A DNA stretch of 64,000 bases from Acidobacteriota bacterium (GTDB lineage: Bacteria; Acidobacteriota; UBA6911; RPQK01; JAJDTT01), in NCBI GenBank assembly GCA_965217775.1, contig CBDCJH010000002.1:1632001-1696000 (forward strand), given 5' to 3'. The translations under genes were made by a program, and so were the position numbers. The notes under the pieces are model-generated. The model was not told where the DNA came from. It searched no databases and was given only the letters and a program-made list of their open reading frames with translations. Below are positions 20,185-29,718 of the stretch, one piece after another. The stretch's first letter is position 1. The number at the start of each line of letters is the position of its first letter.

Positions 20185-21582
20185 TCAGGCCCTCGACCAG
20201 GGGCCGGTGATGGCCACCGTCAGGCCCTTTTGCTGGATGTTGACCAGGAGCGTGGAACCATCAGGGGTGAAGACGGCCCCGGCAAACTCGGTCCGGAGCC
20301 GATTGTTGGCCAGAACGTAGCACCGGCCCTCTGGTGTGACCCCGATGAGCCGAACGACCTCGGTGGATCGATCTTCGCAAAGGACCAGGTCGCCCCAAGG
20401 GCTCAGCGTCAGGTTGTCGGCACTCTTGAGGAGATCCACGTCGTCCGGTTCGATGAAGAGCTCGACGGTCCCGGGCGCTTGAAGCTCTTCGGGGGTCCCT
20501 TCCGCCGGACTTGGCCGGTACTTCCAGATCTGGCCGTTTCTGCGGTATCCCCCGTTGGTGCAGGCGAAATAGACCGTTTCATCGCCATACCACATGCCTT
20601 CTCCCCGGGCGAAGCGGGCGGCTCCGGCATCGTGTCCACGGTATCGCAGGTTGTCCTCACGGGGTTCCGGGTCCTCGAGATCGATCCACTCGACGGCCAC
20701 GGGTTCTCCGACGGGGATGGATCTCCAGAGGTTCCAGTTGCGGGTGTCCACGCCGCTCTGGTCCCGGATCTTGAGGGCCTGAAGCCGCCCTCCCGCCTGC
20801 AACTTCCCGGGGGACTCGGGCAGGAACCGGTAGAGGAGTCCGTCGCCCCGGTCTTCCGTCTGGTAGACGATTCCGGTCTCCTCAGCCACGGCGACGGCTT
20901 CGTGATTGAAACGGCCCATGGCGCGAAGAGGGACGGGGTCCGCGATCTCCATGCGCGTCGTGGCGGGAACCTCGAAATTGTAGCCATGGTCCTGGTCGGT
21001 CCGGATCCCGGCCTCCTGGTCGTGCCCGGCCGTCCGCACGGTCTCCTCGCAACTGATCCAGCTATTCCAGGGCGTCGCTCCGCCGGCACAGTTGCGTATG
21101 GTTCCCACCAGGCTCATGAACTGGGAGACGATCTCCTGGCGGGCCGGGTCGAAGAGGAACGTAGTGGTGCCGCCGCAGGACGGGGTCTTGCCTTCACCGT
21201 AGTCATAGATCTTGCCGCGATCCAGAAGCTCCAGCCGGCGGTTGTCCCTGCCGAACGGGCCGCGGTCCGATTGAACCGTCAACTCATGATTGCGGATCAC
21301 GACGGCGAGACCATCCGGTCCCGGAAAGGCGGCCATGCCGTCGGGCGCCCCGGGCAGGAACAGGCCGTCCGACATGGTCTGCCCGGCCCAGGACACGATC
21401 CGGTAACGGAACCCCTCGGGGAGATCCAGGATGCCCCTGGGGTCACGTTGCAACGGCCCGTACCCCGGATCCACCAGGTCGGCATCGGTGTAGAGGGGAC
21501 GGTCGCTCATCAAGTGCCGCAAGCCCAGGAAACCGGCGGGAACCAAGCCTCCCGCGATCAGAAAACGGCGGCGATCCAGCAT
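20185..21582 (-). CDS. phoX: PhoX-family alkaline phosphatase (DUF839), Tat signal
   Basis: MLDRRRFL; DGMAAF, RNHE, NCAGGATPWNSWISCEE, MGRFNHEA, RGEG, DNL, EFAG..F.PDG.TL.VNIQ. Confidence 0.9.
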   Translation of the reverse strand: MLDRRRFLIAGGLVPAGFLGLRHLMSDRPLYTDADLVDPGYGPLQRDPRGILDLPEGFRYRIVSWAGQTMSDGLFLPGAPDGMAAFPGPDGLAVVIRNHELTVQSDRGPFGRDNRRLELLDRGKIYDYGEGKTPSCGGTTTFLFDPARQEIVSQFMSLVGTIRNCAGGATPWNSWISCEETVRTAGHDQEAGIRTDQDHGYNFEVPATTRMEIADPVPLRAMGRFNHEAVAVAEETGIVYQTEDRGDGLLYRFLPESPGKLQAGGRLQALKIRDQSGVDTRNWNLWRSIPVGEPVAVEWIDLEDPEPREDNLRYRGHDAGAARFARGEGMWYGDETVYFACTNGGYRRNGQIWKYRPSPAEGTPEELQAPGTVELFIEPDDVDLLKSADNLTLSPWGDLVLCEDRSTEVVRLIGVTPEGRCYVLANNRLRTEFAGAVFTPDGSTLLVNIQQKGLTVAITGPWSRA

Positions 21583-21742
21583 CTTGTCTTCTCCCAATGA
21601 ACGCGGCGCGGCCGCGCCGTGCGAACTCCAAGTCTGACAGCGACTCAATGATTCTACAAGCGTCCGGCTCCGCCCGCGCCCGGCGAACTCGTCTATAATC
21701 GCTTCCAACAAACACGTTTGCGAGCATATTCCCCGAGGTCGA

Positions 21743-23008
21743 ATGTTCCTTACCTACAGAGGCCATCGCTGTCTTTCAATTCTCTTCAGCCTGTTCATCT
21801 GGACCAGCATCTCCCAGAGCCGGGCTGAGGTCCTGGGAGTGACGTTCCCCTACCGGGCTCCCAAGGGAGATTACGTCACCCAGCAGGACCGATACCATAC
21901 CTTCCGGATCCCGGGGATGGTCGTCACCGGCGACGGGTCGATTCTGGCCTTCGCGGAAGGCCGCCGGGGCCGGGGAAGGGATCCCACAATCGACGAGAAC
22001 GCCCCTCTCGATATGGTCCTGCGCCGGAGCACCGATCAAGGCAGGACCTGGGAACCGATGCAGGTCATCGATTCCGGTTTCCGGCCGGACGGCAGTCTGG
22101 TCGATTTCGCCGACCCGACTCCCGTTCTCGACGTCGTGACCCAGACCGTGCACCTGTTCTACGGACAGTGGCCCGACCGGGGCCCGCTGGTGATGAAGCC
22201 CGGTCAGAGCCCGGACGCCGACGCCGTCAATCATGTGACCTGGGTCCGCTCCAGCAGCGACCACGGCCGGAGCTGGTCCCGGCGCCGTCAGATCGACTAT
22301 CCGGATGAGCCGTCCGAAACCAACGACGGATTTTATTGGAGGCAGGCCGAACCGGGTCCCGGCCATGGAATCCAGCTCCAATGGCAGGATCCGCAGGTGG
22401 CCCCCAACGGCCGTCTCGTGGTTCCGGCAAAACGGTACCGTTCCCGGACTCCGGACGGACCGGCCACGGCGGAGCCGTTCGTCTACTATTCGGACGACCA
22501 CGGAAGAACCTGGAAGGTCGGAGGCGCCACCGCTGGACCCGCAGCCAACGAGGACGAGATCGTGGAGCTGACCGACGGCCGGTTGCTGCTGGACGCGCGG
22601 CAGACCCACGGCGATTTTCGTCGGCGCCACATCAGCGCCGACGGCGGCCTCACTTGGGGCCCCGACCTGTCGGACACCATAGCCCTCACCCGGGTGGACG
22701 GTTCCATGGTCCGCTATTCGGCGACCCGGGCCGGCCACGACAAGGACCGGATCCTGTTCTCGGCTCCCCAAGGCCGAGACGGTCTCAACCGGACGAGGAT
22801 CACCGTCTGGACCAGCTACGACGAGGGGAAGACGTTCGTCAATCCGGTCAAGTTCAACCATGGGTTCGCCGCCTATTCGGTTCTGCAACGGTTGTCGGAC
22901 GGGACCATCGGCCTCTTGGCGGAGACCTCCCGGAAGGAGGGCGTGAGATACGGTGAGATCAGCTTCCATCGTTTTGACATCGGCGAGTTGGAAAAGGGTT
23001 CCCGGTAG
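21743..23008 (+). CDS. Sialidase-family (GH33-like) BNR protein
   Basis: FRIP motif; Asp-boxes STDQGRTW, SSDHGRSW, SDDHGRTW, SADGGLTW, SYDEGKTF; AAYS. Confidence 0.88.
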   Translation: MFLTYRGHRCLSILFSLFIWTSISQSRAEVLGVTFPYRAPKGDYVTQQDRYHTFRIPGMVVTGDGSILAFAEGRRGRGRDPTIDENAPLDMVLRRSTDQGRTWEPMQVIDSGFRPDGSLVDFADPTPVLDVVTQTVHLFYGQWPDRGPLVMKPGQSPDADAVNHVTWVRSSSDHGRSWSRRRQIDYPDEPSETNDGFYWRQAEPGPGHGIQLQWQDPQVAPNGRLVVPAKRYRSRTPDGPATAEPFVYYSDDHGRTWKVGGATAGPAANEDEIVELTDGRLLLDARQTHGDFRRRHISADGGLTWGPDLSDTIALTRVDGSMVRYSATRAGHDKDRILFSAPQGRDGLNRTRITVWTSYDEGKTFVNPVKFNHGFAAYSVLQRLSDGTIGLLAETSRKEGVRYGEISFHRFDIGELEKGSR

Positions 23009-23029
23009 GCACCCGGGGAGGTCGAAACC

Positions 23030-24289
23030 ATGCAATCCGGGGCATGCAATTCAATCGCCGGCGTCTTCCTGCTCCTCCTGAGCGCTTTCGTGGGAGGTTC
23101 CGTACTGGCGGAAGCGCCGCCGGCCGCAGAAGCCGTGCAGGGCAAGGAACTGCTGATGGCCGCCTTCGTTGGGCGGACCGAAGTCACCATCTCTTTGGAA
23201 ATAAACTCGGACTATGAACAACCACCCTCGGTGGGATACTTGGATCTGGAGAACGGCAAAAAGCTGGAGCCCCGGTATGTCTTCGCCGACATGGTCGGCC
23301 TCGCGCCTGGCAATACGATAGTTACGCTCCGCAAGTCTCCCGAACAAGAATCCCGGTACCTGGTTCGGGTCGACTCGGACGGAGATGGAAACCTGCTGGA
23401 AGAAACGGAGCAGACCCTCGATCCGGAAACACCGGCTCGGGTACAAGTCTTGCGCCGTTGGCCGCGCGGATCGCGGGAACTGCAATACATCCTGTCCTAT
23501 CAGGTCTGGACTGATCGGAACGGGCAGGCCGCGCATTTGTTCTGGTGGAAACCACGTTATCGCGCGGAGGGTCGATTCCGATTCAAGAGCTGCGAGGGAC
23601 TCTTTGCGGTTGCGGACTTCGATGGAGACGGCGACTTCGATTTGACTGATTCGGCCCGCGGCACAACGATCCAATCCGACCGGAACGGGGATGGGAGAAT
23701 CTGGAGACAAGACGAAAGGTTGGGATCTGATCATGTCATTGAATTCTGTGGAGAAACTTTCTGGATCAGCGAACTCTCACCAGACGCCTCCTTCGTCAAG
23801 CTCGTGAAGACACTGGTTCGAATCCCGAAGGTCGGCGCTCAAGTGCCTTCATTCAAGGCCCAGACCACGGCTGGTGTAACGGTCACTTCGGACGACCTGA
23901 AGGGAGAGACCTACTTGATGGATTTCTGGGCATCGTGGTGCAAACCCTGTTTGGCAGGTTTTCCGAAACTCCAGGAACTCGACCTGAAATACGACGGCGG
24001 AGTGAAGGTGATCGCCGTCAACGTCGACCCAGAGACGAGTGCGGCAAACGCGGTCAAGATCATCAAGAAATACGATCTGAAATGGACTCACATCATGAGC
24101 GGAAGAGGCGATTCGGATCCCCTCTGGAGGACATTCGGCAGCATGGAGGGGATCCGGATGGCGATTCCCCTGTACGTGCTGGTGGACCCTCTGGGCGACA
24201 TTCGATATGCGGGCAACGGGGGGTGGAAGCTGGAAGATCTTGCCTCGAAAATCGAGTCCGTTCTGGTTCGACAAGACACCCAAAAGTGA
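23030..24289 (+). CDS. Exported TlpA-family thioredoxin-like protein with N-terminal extension
   Basis: DFWASWCKPC, IPLYVLVD; DxDGDG-like motifs in the N-terminal half. Confidence 0.85.
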   Translation: MQSGACNSIAGVFLLLLSAFVGGSVLAEAPPAAEAVQGKELLMAAFVGRTEVTISLEINSDYEQPPSVGYLDLENGKKLEPRYVFADMVGLAPGNTIVTLRKSPEQESRYLVRVDSDGDGNLLEETEQTLDPETPARVQVLRRWPRGSRELQYILSYQVWTDRNGQAAHLFWWKPRYRAEGRFRFKSCEGLFAVADFDGDGDFDLTDSARGTTIQSDRNGDGRIWRQDERLGSDHVIEFCGETFWISELSPDASFVKLVKTLVRIPKVGAQVPSFKAQTTAGVTVTSDDLKGETYLMDFWASWCKPCLAGFPKLQELDLKYDGGVKVIAVNVDPETSAANAVKIIKKYDLKWTHIMSGRGDSDPLWRTFGSMEGIRMAIPLYVLVDPLGDIRYAGNGGWKLEDLASKIESVLVRQDTQK

Positions 24290-24693
24290 ACGAAGGTCGC
24301 TTCATTATCGTCAGATATTCAGCGACCCGGTGAAAAATCCGGGCCACGAAAGCAATTCCGGCTGTTGTTTGATTATCTGACTGCGGTGAGAAATTCGGTG
24401 GAGTTTCGAGAGCGACCGGAATTTCGTCGTGGCCAATCCCTGCGGCCTGTCTTCCGGACTGCGTGCATTGGCGCCGTTCTGATTCCGATCCTGCTTACAG
24501 CCTGCAGTCACAAGCGGCCGATTCTGACCCGAACGGATCCGTCCGGTCCCTCGGCGCACCGAGGTAACAGCCCGTGGTGAAAGTCTCGCGAGCACCGAGA
24601 CCGTTCCTGCGCCCGCCGGACAAGGCGCGATGAGGGAGTATCCATGTTGCAAATCTTCCGATTTTCCAGGGATTGTTTCCTCCCTGGTTAGAC

Positions 24694-25647
24694 TCATCCG
24701 ACCGCCCTGACTGGCCGCGGTGTCCACACCCGATCCTGGCTCAGCAGGACGTTGGCCAAAATCACCATCTTGCGCATGATCGCCGTGAGCGCCACCTTCG
24801 GCGCCTTGCCCCGCTCACGCAGCTGGCGATACTTCTGGATGTAGTCCGGATTGTGTCGAATGGCGGTGAGGGCGGCCATATACAGCATCCGCCGCACCCG
24901 ATGCCGGCCCCCGCGGATGAAGCGACGTCCCTTCCAGGTCCCCGACTCCCGAGCCACCGGCGCCAGACCGGCCAAGCTGGCCACCGCCTTGGAGTCGATC
25001 TGTCCCAGTTCCGGCATCAGAGAGAGCAGGCCCGCGACCGTGACCGGACCCATTCCCGGAATCGAAGTCAGCACTTCGGCTTTGCGCGCCAGCGCCGGAT
25101 CGGCTTTCAGCAACTTGCGGAACTCGCCGTCCAGGGCCCGGATCTGGCGCTCAATCTGAGCCAGCCGCTGTCGCAAATGCCGCTTCACCATCGGGTGGCG
25201 CGCGTGGTGGCTCCGGTTGCGAGCCGCCGTCCGATCCTTCACCAGCCCGTCCCGCGCCGAGATCAGTTCCTCCAACTGGCGCTGCGTGGGCGAGGACACG
25301 TCCACACGCCGCAACGGGAGCGCCTCCCCCATCCGGGCCAGGATCCGGGCATCCACCGCGTCGGTCTTGGCCTCCTGGCCCAGCGCCTGCGCGAACCGCC
25401 GCGCCCGCATCGCGTTGACCCGAGCCAGTGGCAACCGAGCGGCCAGAGCTTCCTCCATCGCCCGGTGCCAGGGGCCCGTGGACTCATACACCACGCACCG
25501 GACCTCCGGTCCGATCCAGCGGGCCAGGGCCTGGAACCCTGCCGTGTCGTTGGGGAACCGCTTCGACCGTCCCGAAGGCCACTCGTGCACGTCCAAATGC
25601 GCCTTCGAGATGTCCACACCCACCGTCTTTGAGGTATCCTGAGTCAT
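24694..25647 (-). CDS. IS110 recombinase/transposase (DEDD RuvC-like plus Ser-containing Tnp domain)
   Basis: VGVDISKAHLD, VYESTG, KTDAVDA, SIPGMG, GLAPVARESG, GGRHRVR, GKAPKVALTAIMRK. Confidence 0.96.
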   Translation of the reverse strand: MTQDTSKTVGVDISKAHLDVHEWPSGRSKRFPNDTAGFQALARWIGPEVRCVVYESTGPWHRAMEEALAARLPLARVNAMRARRFAQALGQEAKTDAVDARILARMGEALPLRRVDVSSPTQRQLEELISARDGLVKDRTAARNRSHHARHPMVKRHLRQRLAQIERQIRALDGEFRKLLKADPALARKAEVLTSIPGMGPVTVAGLLSLMPELGQIDSKAVASLAGLAPVARESGTWKGRRFIRGGRHRVRRMLYMAALTAIRHNPDYIQKYRQLRERGKAPKVALTAIMRKMVILANVLLSQDRVWTPRPVRAVG

Positions 25648-25649
25648 CT

Positions 25650-25815
25650 TTCCTTCCTCCTGTGCTTGTCGTGCGAGCCTTGACGCTCACGTATCCATTC
25701 AGGACGTTGGGAAAGACGGTGGCGGCCCCACTCCCTCCCGGCCCTTGACGGCCGGCATACATAACGGCCCGACCACCGCCGCCGAGGCGCCTCTGGCCAG
25801 AGGCGCCTCGGATGG
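25650..25815 (-). ncRNA. Predicted IS110 bridge RNA
   Basis: 5'->3' on the minus strand: 30-bp palindromic hairpin, LTG GTATGC, RTG GAGGGAG, LDG ATGGATAC, RDG GACAAG, matching the target and donor; both guide loops contain a hairpin with loop GTCAAG; RNA ends approximate. Confidence 0.85.
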
Positions 25816-26332
25816 ATCCTCCCAAAAGATCCCAACCCGTATCGGAATAACCCACCAGAAATCATGCCGGCGCCACCGAGCCAAGCCTGGACGATGGCTG
25901 GGTCACGGCCCTGCGCCTGCTGTCGCCACTGGCGGCGTTGACGGGGGCAGGGGGGGCCGGCCCCCCCTGAGACCCCCCGGATGCAAAGAGACACATACCC
26001 ACTTGAAATCCCTGAAACGAGAGCCCCGAGGCCCCCTCGTCACCCGGAACCCCCCTGTGGAAAATCAAAGATTTCCCACAGGGTGCTCCCTTTTTGCTGA
26101 CACCACAATCTGTACCCCCCCAAGAAGAAAGACAGACAAGAAATAACAGACAAGCATACCGGGAGTATGTGACCGAGTCGCAACGCAGTCCGCCGGGATG
26201 CAGGGACGGTCGAATGCCGTGACGACTTTTGCCACGGGCTGGTAAGGGTGCCGCAACCGAATCGGTTCCGGACTCCGCGCAACATCTTCACGGTTGGCGA
26301 AGGGCCGAAGCGGTCTACCAGAAAGCCTATAG

Positions 26333-26572
26333 CCCGCATTTCTCACCAGGCCGCTACGCGTATGATGAAAAATAATCTGTTTTTGAGCATTTACGCGGAT
26401 TTTTCCAAGGTTTCTCCGGGACAGACTGCGCTGGGCGCGCGCTCGCTGGTCTTTTTGCCCTCAGCGCGCACATGCTCCCTCAAACGTAGTTACCACTACG
26501 CTCTCGGTCGCGAGCGCGCGCTGAGGGCGAAAATCCTGCGCGATCGTCACGCCCCCTGGTGAGAAATGCGGG
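26333..26572. mobile_element. MITE-B, 240 bp
   Basis: Perfect 18-bp TIR CCCGCATTTCTCACCAGG / CCTGGTGAGAAATGCGGG; TSD ATAG (26329-32, 26573-76); no transposase. Confidence 0.9.
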
Positions 26573-27975
26573 ATAGGGACTCGGCGGACCCAGCGGTCCT
26601 GGACAAGTTGCTCACCACGCAATTTCTGATTCTGACGCGCCAGGCCGAGGAGGGAATCTACGGGCCCTTCCAGGTCATGAAGCTCTCTTCGCTCTGCTCC
26701 CGAGGAACCTCGTCCTTTCATGAGGCACTTTGCCGATCGGCACGGGAGCGGCTGCGGCAGCACCATCCGATACCCGCGGAGACGGCCCCAAATCCGTATT
26801 CAATCGGGGACGGTGACATGCCAATAGAGAATCCTCTGCTCGCGGCCTATCTCCGATTCCTCCTCACGGGCGAGCACCAAGAGTCCGAACCGTCCGGCAA
26901 GAATCCTCTTGAGGTCCTGGATCCGGACAGGACCTCACCGCTGACGCTCTACCTGGCCTGGAAAAACGGACGGCTCGAGAAGACCGCGGGTCATGTCGAA
27001 CGACATCCCGGTTTCGCCGAGCTGTTGCTCTACCGGGGAAACCGGCTGCTGGAGGAGACCAGATATGCGGAAGCCATCGACTCGATGACGGAAACCATTC
27101 GCCTCGTGCCCGAGTACACGAGAGCCACGGTCGCACTCGGTGAATTTCACCTTCGATCTCTGTATCTATACGAACGGGCTCTCCACTATTTCGAGGACAC
27201 GCTGACCTGGGATCCCCGGAACATTTCCGCCTTGTTCGGCCAGGGAGTGGCCCTTCATCTTTTGGGACGGTACGAACCATCCCAGCACTCCCTGGACCGC
27301 CTGCTGGAGCTGGAGCCGACGGTGTGGAAGACCATTCCCCAGGTATCACGCGAAAGTTTTCAGGCCCGGACCTGCTACTGGAAGGCCAAGAACTATTACG
27401 CGACTGGGTCATCGGAAAAGGCACGGGAATGGGTCGACCGAGCCTTGGCCGACTTGCCGCGCTCCGAACCGGTCCTGTATCTGTCTGGTCTGCTCCACCT
27501 GGAGAAATGGGATCTCGCCTCGGCTCGTTCCGAATTTCTCAAAGTCGTGGAAGGCGGCACCGAGTGGTGCGATGCGTACTATCAACTGGGAGTCATCAAC
27601 CAATCCCAGCCCGGACGAGACATCTTGTTCAACTTCATGAACAATGCCTATTGTCGACAGCGAAAGCTGACCAATCTGAAAGAGGGGTTGAAGCGAGTCG
27701 AAGACCTGGATCTGGACTCGACCAGAAAGGAAGAGGTGTTGCACGTCCTTCAGACTCGCCGGGACCGGCTCCGGGAAGAGACTTTTGCTTCGCTCTTCAA
27801 TATGACGGAAAGAGTAGGTTCGATTGGAGAACTGGACGCGACCGTATTCCATCAAGCGATGGAGGAGTTGTGGGATCGACTCTCCAATCCCGAGTAGTAG
27901 GGAAAATACTGTGCATGAACTGAATCGAGTCTTGGCAGATGTGCTCCGGCCAACTTCAGGCTCAAGGAGGATGAG

Positions 27976-29718
27976 ATGAGTCTCACGCGAAGGGAAGCCC
28001 TTGCCGCCATGATCGGCGGAGCGGCCGGGTGGGCCGCCGGTTGCGGAGCCGGCGAGACCCCCGTCCCGTCCCAAGCCAAGCTGGACCGGCTGGAAGCTGT
28101 TCGCCGGCGGCGGCGAATCATCTTCGTGGACGACAACTACGGTCTCTCCCACGCAGGAAGCGACACACCCGAGGGATTCCTGGCACCCCGGCTCAAGCCT
28201 CTGATCGGAACCCAGGTCGACGCCATCACCTACGCCGTCTACGCCCACAGTCCGGCCTACATCAGCAAGACTCGTCGCAGGCTCTACGCCGCAGCCGGAG
28301 GGACCTCGGTCACCGACCAGGCCTGGGCCCAAAACCACAAGGCGCTGGTGGACTCGGGAAACGACCCGTTGCGGCTGGTCGTCGACTTCGCCCACGAGAA
28401 TGGGATGGAAGCCTTCGCCCACATGAGCATGAACGACTGCCACGACAGCATCATGAGAAACCTCATGCACCCCTTCAAGAGCCAGCATCCGGAGCTGCTG
28501 GTGGACTCGCAGGGGACCCTCTCGAATCTGCAGTTGTACGTGACCGCCTACGACTTCTCCCACCAAGCCGCCCGGGACCGCCAGTTCACCATCGTCCGGG
28601 AGGTCTGTGAGGGGTTCGACGTGGATGGCTTCGAGATGGACTACATCCGCCACCCCATGTTTTTCAGCCGCTGCATGCGCGGCGAGCCGGCGACTCCGGA
28701 AGAAACGGCGATCATGACCGGCTTCATGGCCCGGATTCGAAAGATGGCCGATGCCGCCGCCGCTCGTCGAGGAAGACCCCTGCTGCTGTCGGCCCGGGTC
28801 CCCGATACTTTCGGGCAGGCGATTCATCTGGGCATGGATGTGGAGGCCTGGATGGCACAGGACCTGGTGGACCTGATTATCGCCGGCGGCGGCTACGCCT
28901 CCAGCACCTTGGATGTCGAGCACTTCGTCCAAACGGCCCATGAACACGACGTGCGGGTCTACCCCTGCATCAACCAGAAGCCCTGGAGCTGCGACCCGGC
29001 CTGGTGCCGGGAAGGGAACCGGGCGCTGGCGGCCCGCTGGCACCGGACCGGCGCCGACGGCATCCATTTCTGGAATCTGGCGACGCCGTTCGATCCCTAC
29101 TCCGCGGACACCCCGGAGGAGCTCGCCACGATCCGAAAGCGGGTCTATGCCTGTCTGAACGACGTGGGCGAGGCCGGGACGCTGGAAGGCGAGGACAAGC
29201 TCTACTGTGTAGACAGCTCGGTGTTCATCCACTACAAGCACGTTACGGTCGAGCCCCCTCTCCCGCTGCACCTGACGCCCGGTCGCAGAGCGAGTTTTCC
29301 GCTACCGCTGGGAGACGACGTCCAGGCCGCAGCTATTAACGGCACTCTTCAGGAACTACGGCTGGAACTAACGGTGCACGGGCACCTGCAGGAAGGCGGG
29401 TTGGAGCTGACCGTCAACGGGGAATCTGCGGGATCAGGAGACGCGGTCCGGATCGGCTACGCTCATACCCACGAGCATCGCCACGAAGCGGACGGAAATG
29501 TATCTCCCCACAGCCACTATCACTTCCAGGCTCACCAGGTGACCTATCTCCTGGACGCCCAACCGCTGAACCTGGGGGACAACGAACTGGAGTTGCTGGT
29601 CGCGTCCAGCAGCGATCCATTCAAGACCGGGGGTCCGCTCCAAGTCGTGAATGCCCAGCTCTGGGTGCGATTTTCCAATAGTACTTCTGTCAACAGCACC
29701 GTTGAGAGAAGTGGATGA
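27976..29718 (+). CDS. Tat-exported GHL10-like TIM-barrel protein
   Basis: MSLTRREAL...AGC; RRIIFVDD, AHENGME, MNDCHD, DVDGFEMDYIRHP, GADGIHFWN. Confidence 0.75.
   Translation: MSLTRREALAAMIGGAAGWAAGCGAGETPVPSQAKLDRLEAVRRRRRIIFVDDNYGLSHAGSDTPEGFLAPRLKPLIGTQVDAITYAVYAHSPAYISKTRRRLYAAAGGTSVTDQAWAQNHKALVDSGNDPLRLVVDFAHENGMEAFAHMSMNDCHDSIMRNLMHPFKSQHPELLVDSQGTLSNLQLYVTAYDFSHQAARDRQFTIVREVCEGFDVDGFEMDYIRHPMFFSRCMRGEPATPEETAIMTGFMARIRKMADAAAARRGRPLLLSARVPDTFGQAIHLGMDVEAWMAQDLVDLIIAGGGYASSTLDVEHFVQTAHEHDVRVYPCINQKPWSCDPAWCREGNRALAARWHRTGADGIHFWNLATPFDPYSADTPEELATIRKRVYACLNDVGEAGTLEGEDKLYCVDSSVFIHYKHVTVEPPLPLHLTPGRRASFPLPLGDDVQAAAINGTLQELRLELTVHGHLQEGGLELTVNGESAGSGDAVRIGYAHTHEHRHEADGNVSPHSHYHFQAHQVTYLLDAQPLNLGDNELELLVASSSDPFKTGGPLQVVNAQLWVRFSNSTSVNSTVERSG

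Larger units (their letters stand above)
24639..26154 (-). mobile_element. IS110-family insertion sequence (IS621-like, CT core)
   Basis: Ends defined by comparison with the empty MITE copy; AG (CT on the minus strand) at both junctions (24637-38, 26153-54); no TIRs; about 500-nt non-coding end upstream of the recombinase. Confidence 0.92.
24568..26241 (-). mobile_element. MITE-A second copy, interrupted by IS110
   Basis: 24568-24638 plus 26155-26241 = 158 bp, about 5 differences from 10923-11080; TSD GTAA (24564-67, 26242-45). Confidence 0.9.
24365..27897 (+). pseudogene. TPR lipoprotein gene split by MITE-A (with IS110) and MITE-B
   Basis: Excising both elements and one TSD each restores one frame: LLTAC...SAHRG|KGAATES...AVYQKAY|RDSADPAVLDKL...; TPRs in 26566-27897; start uncertain. 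Confidence 0.85.
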
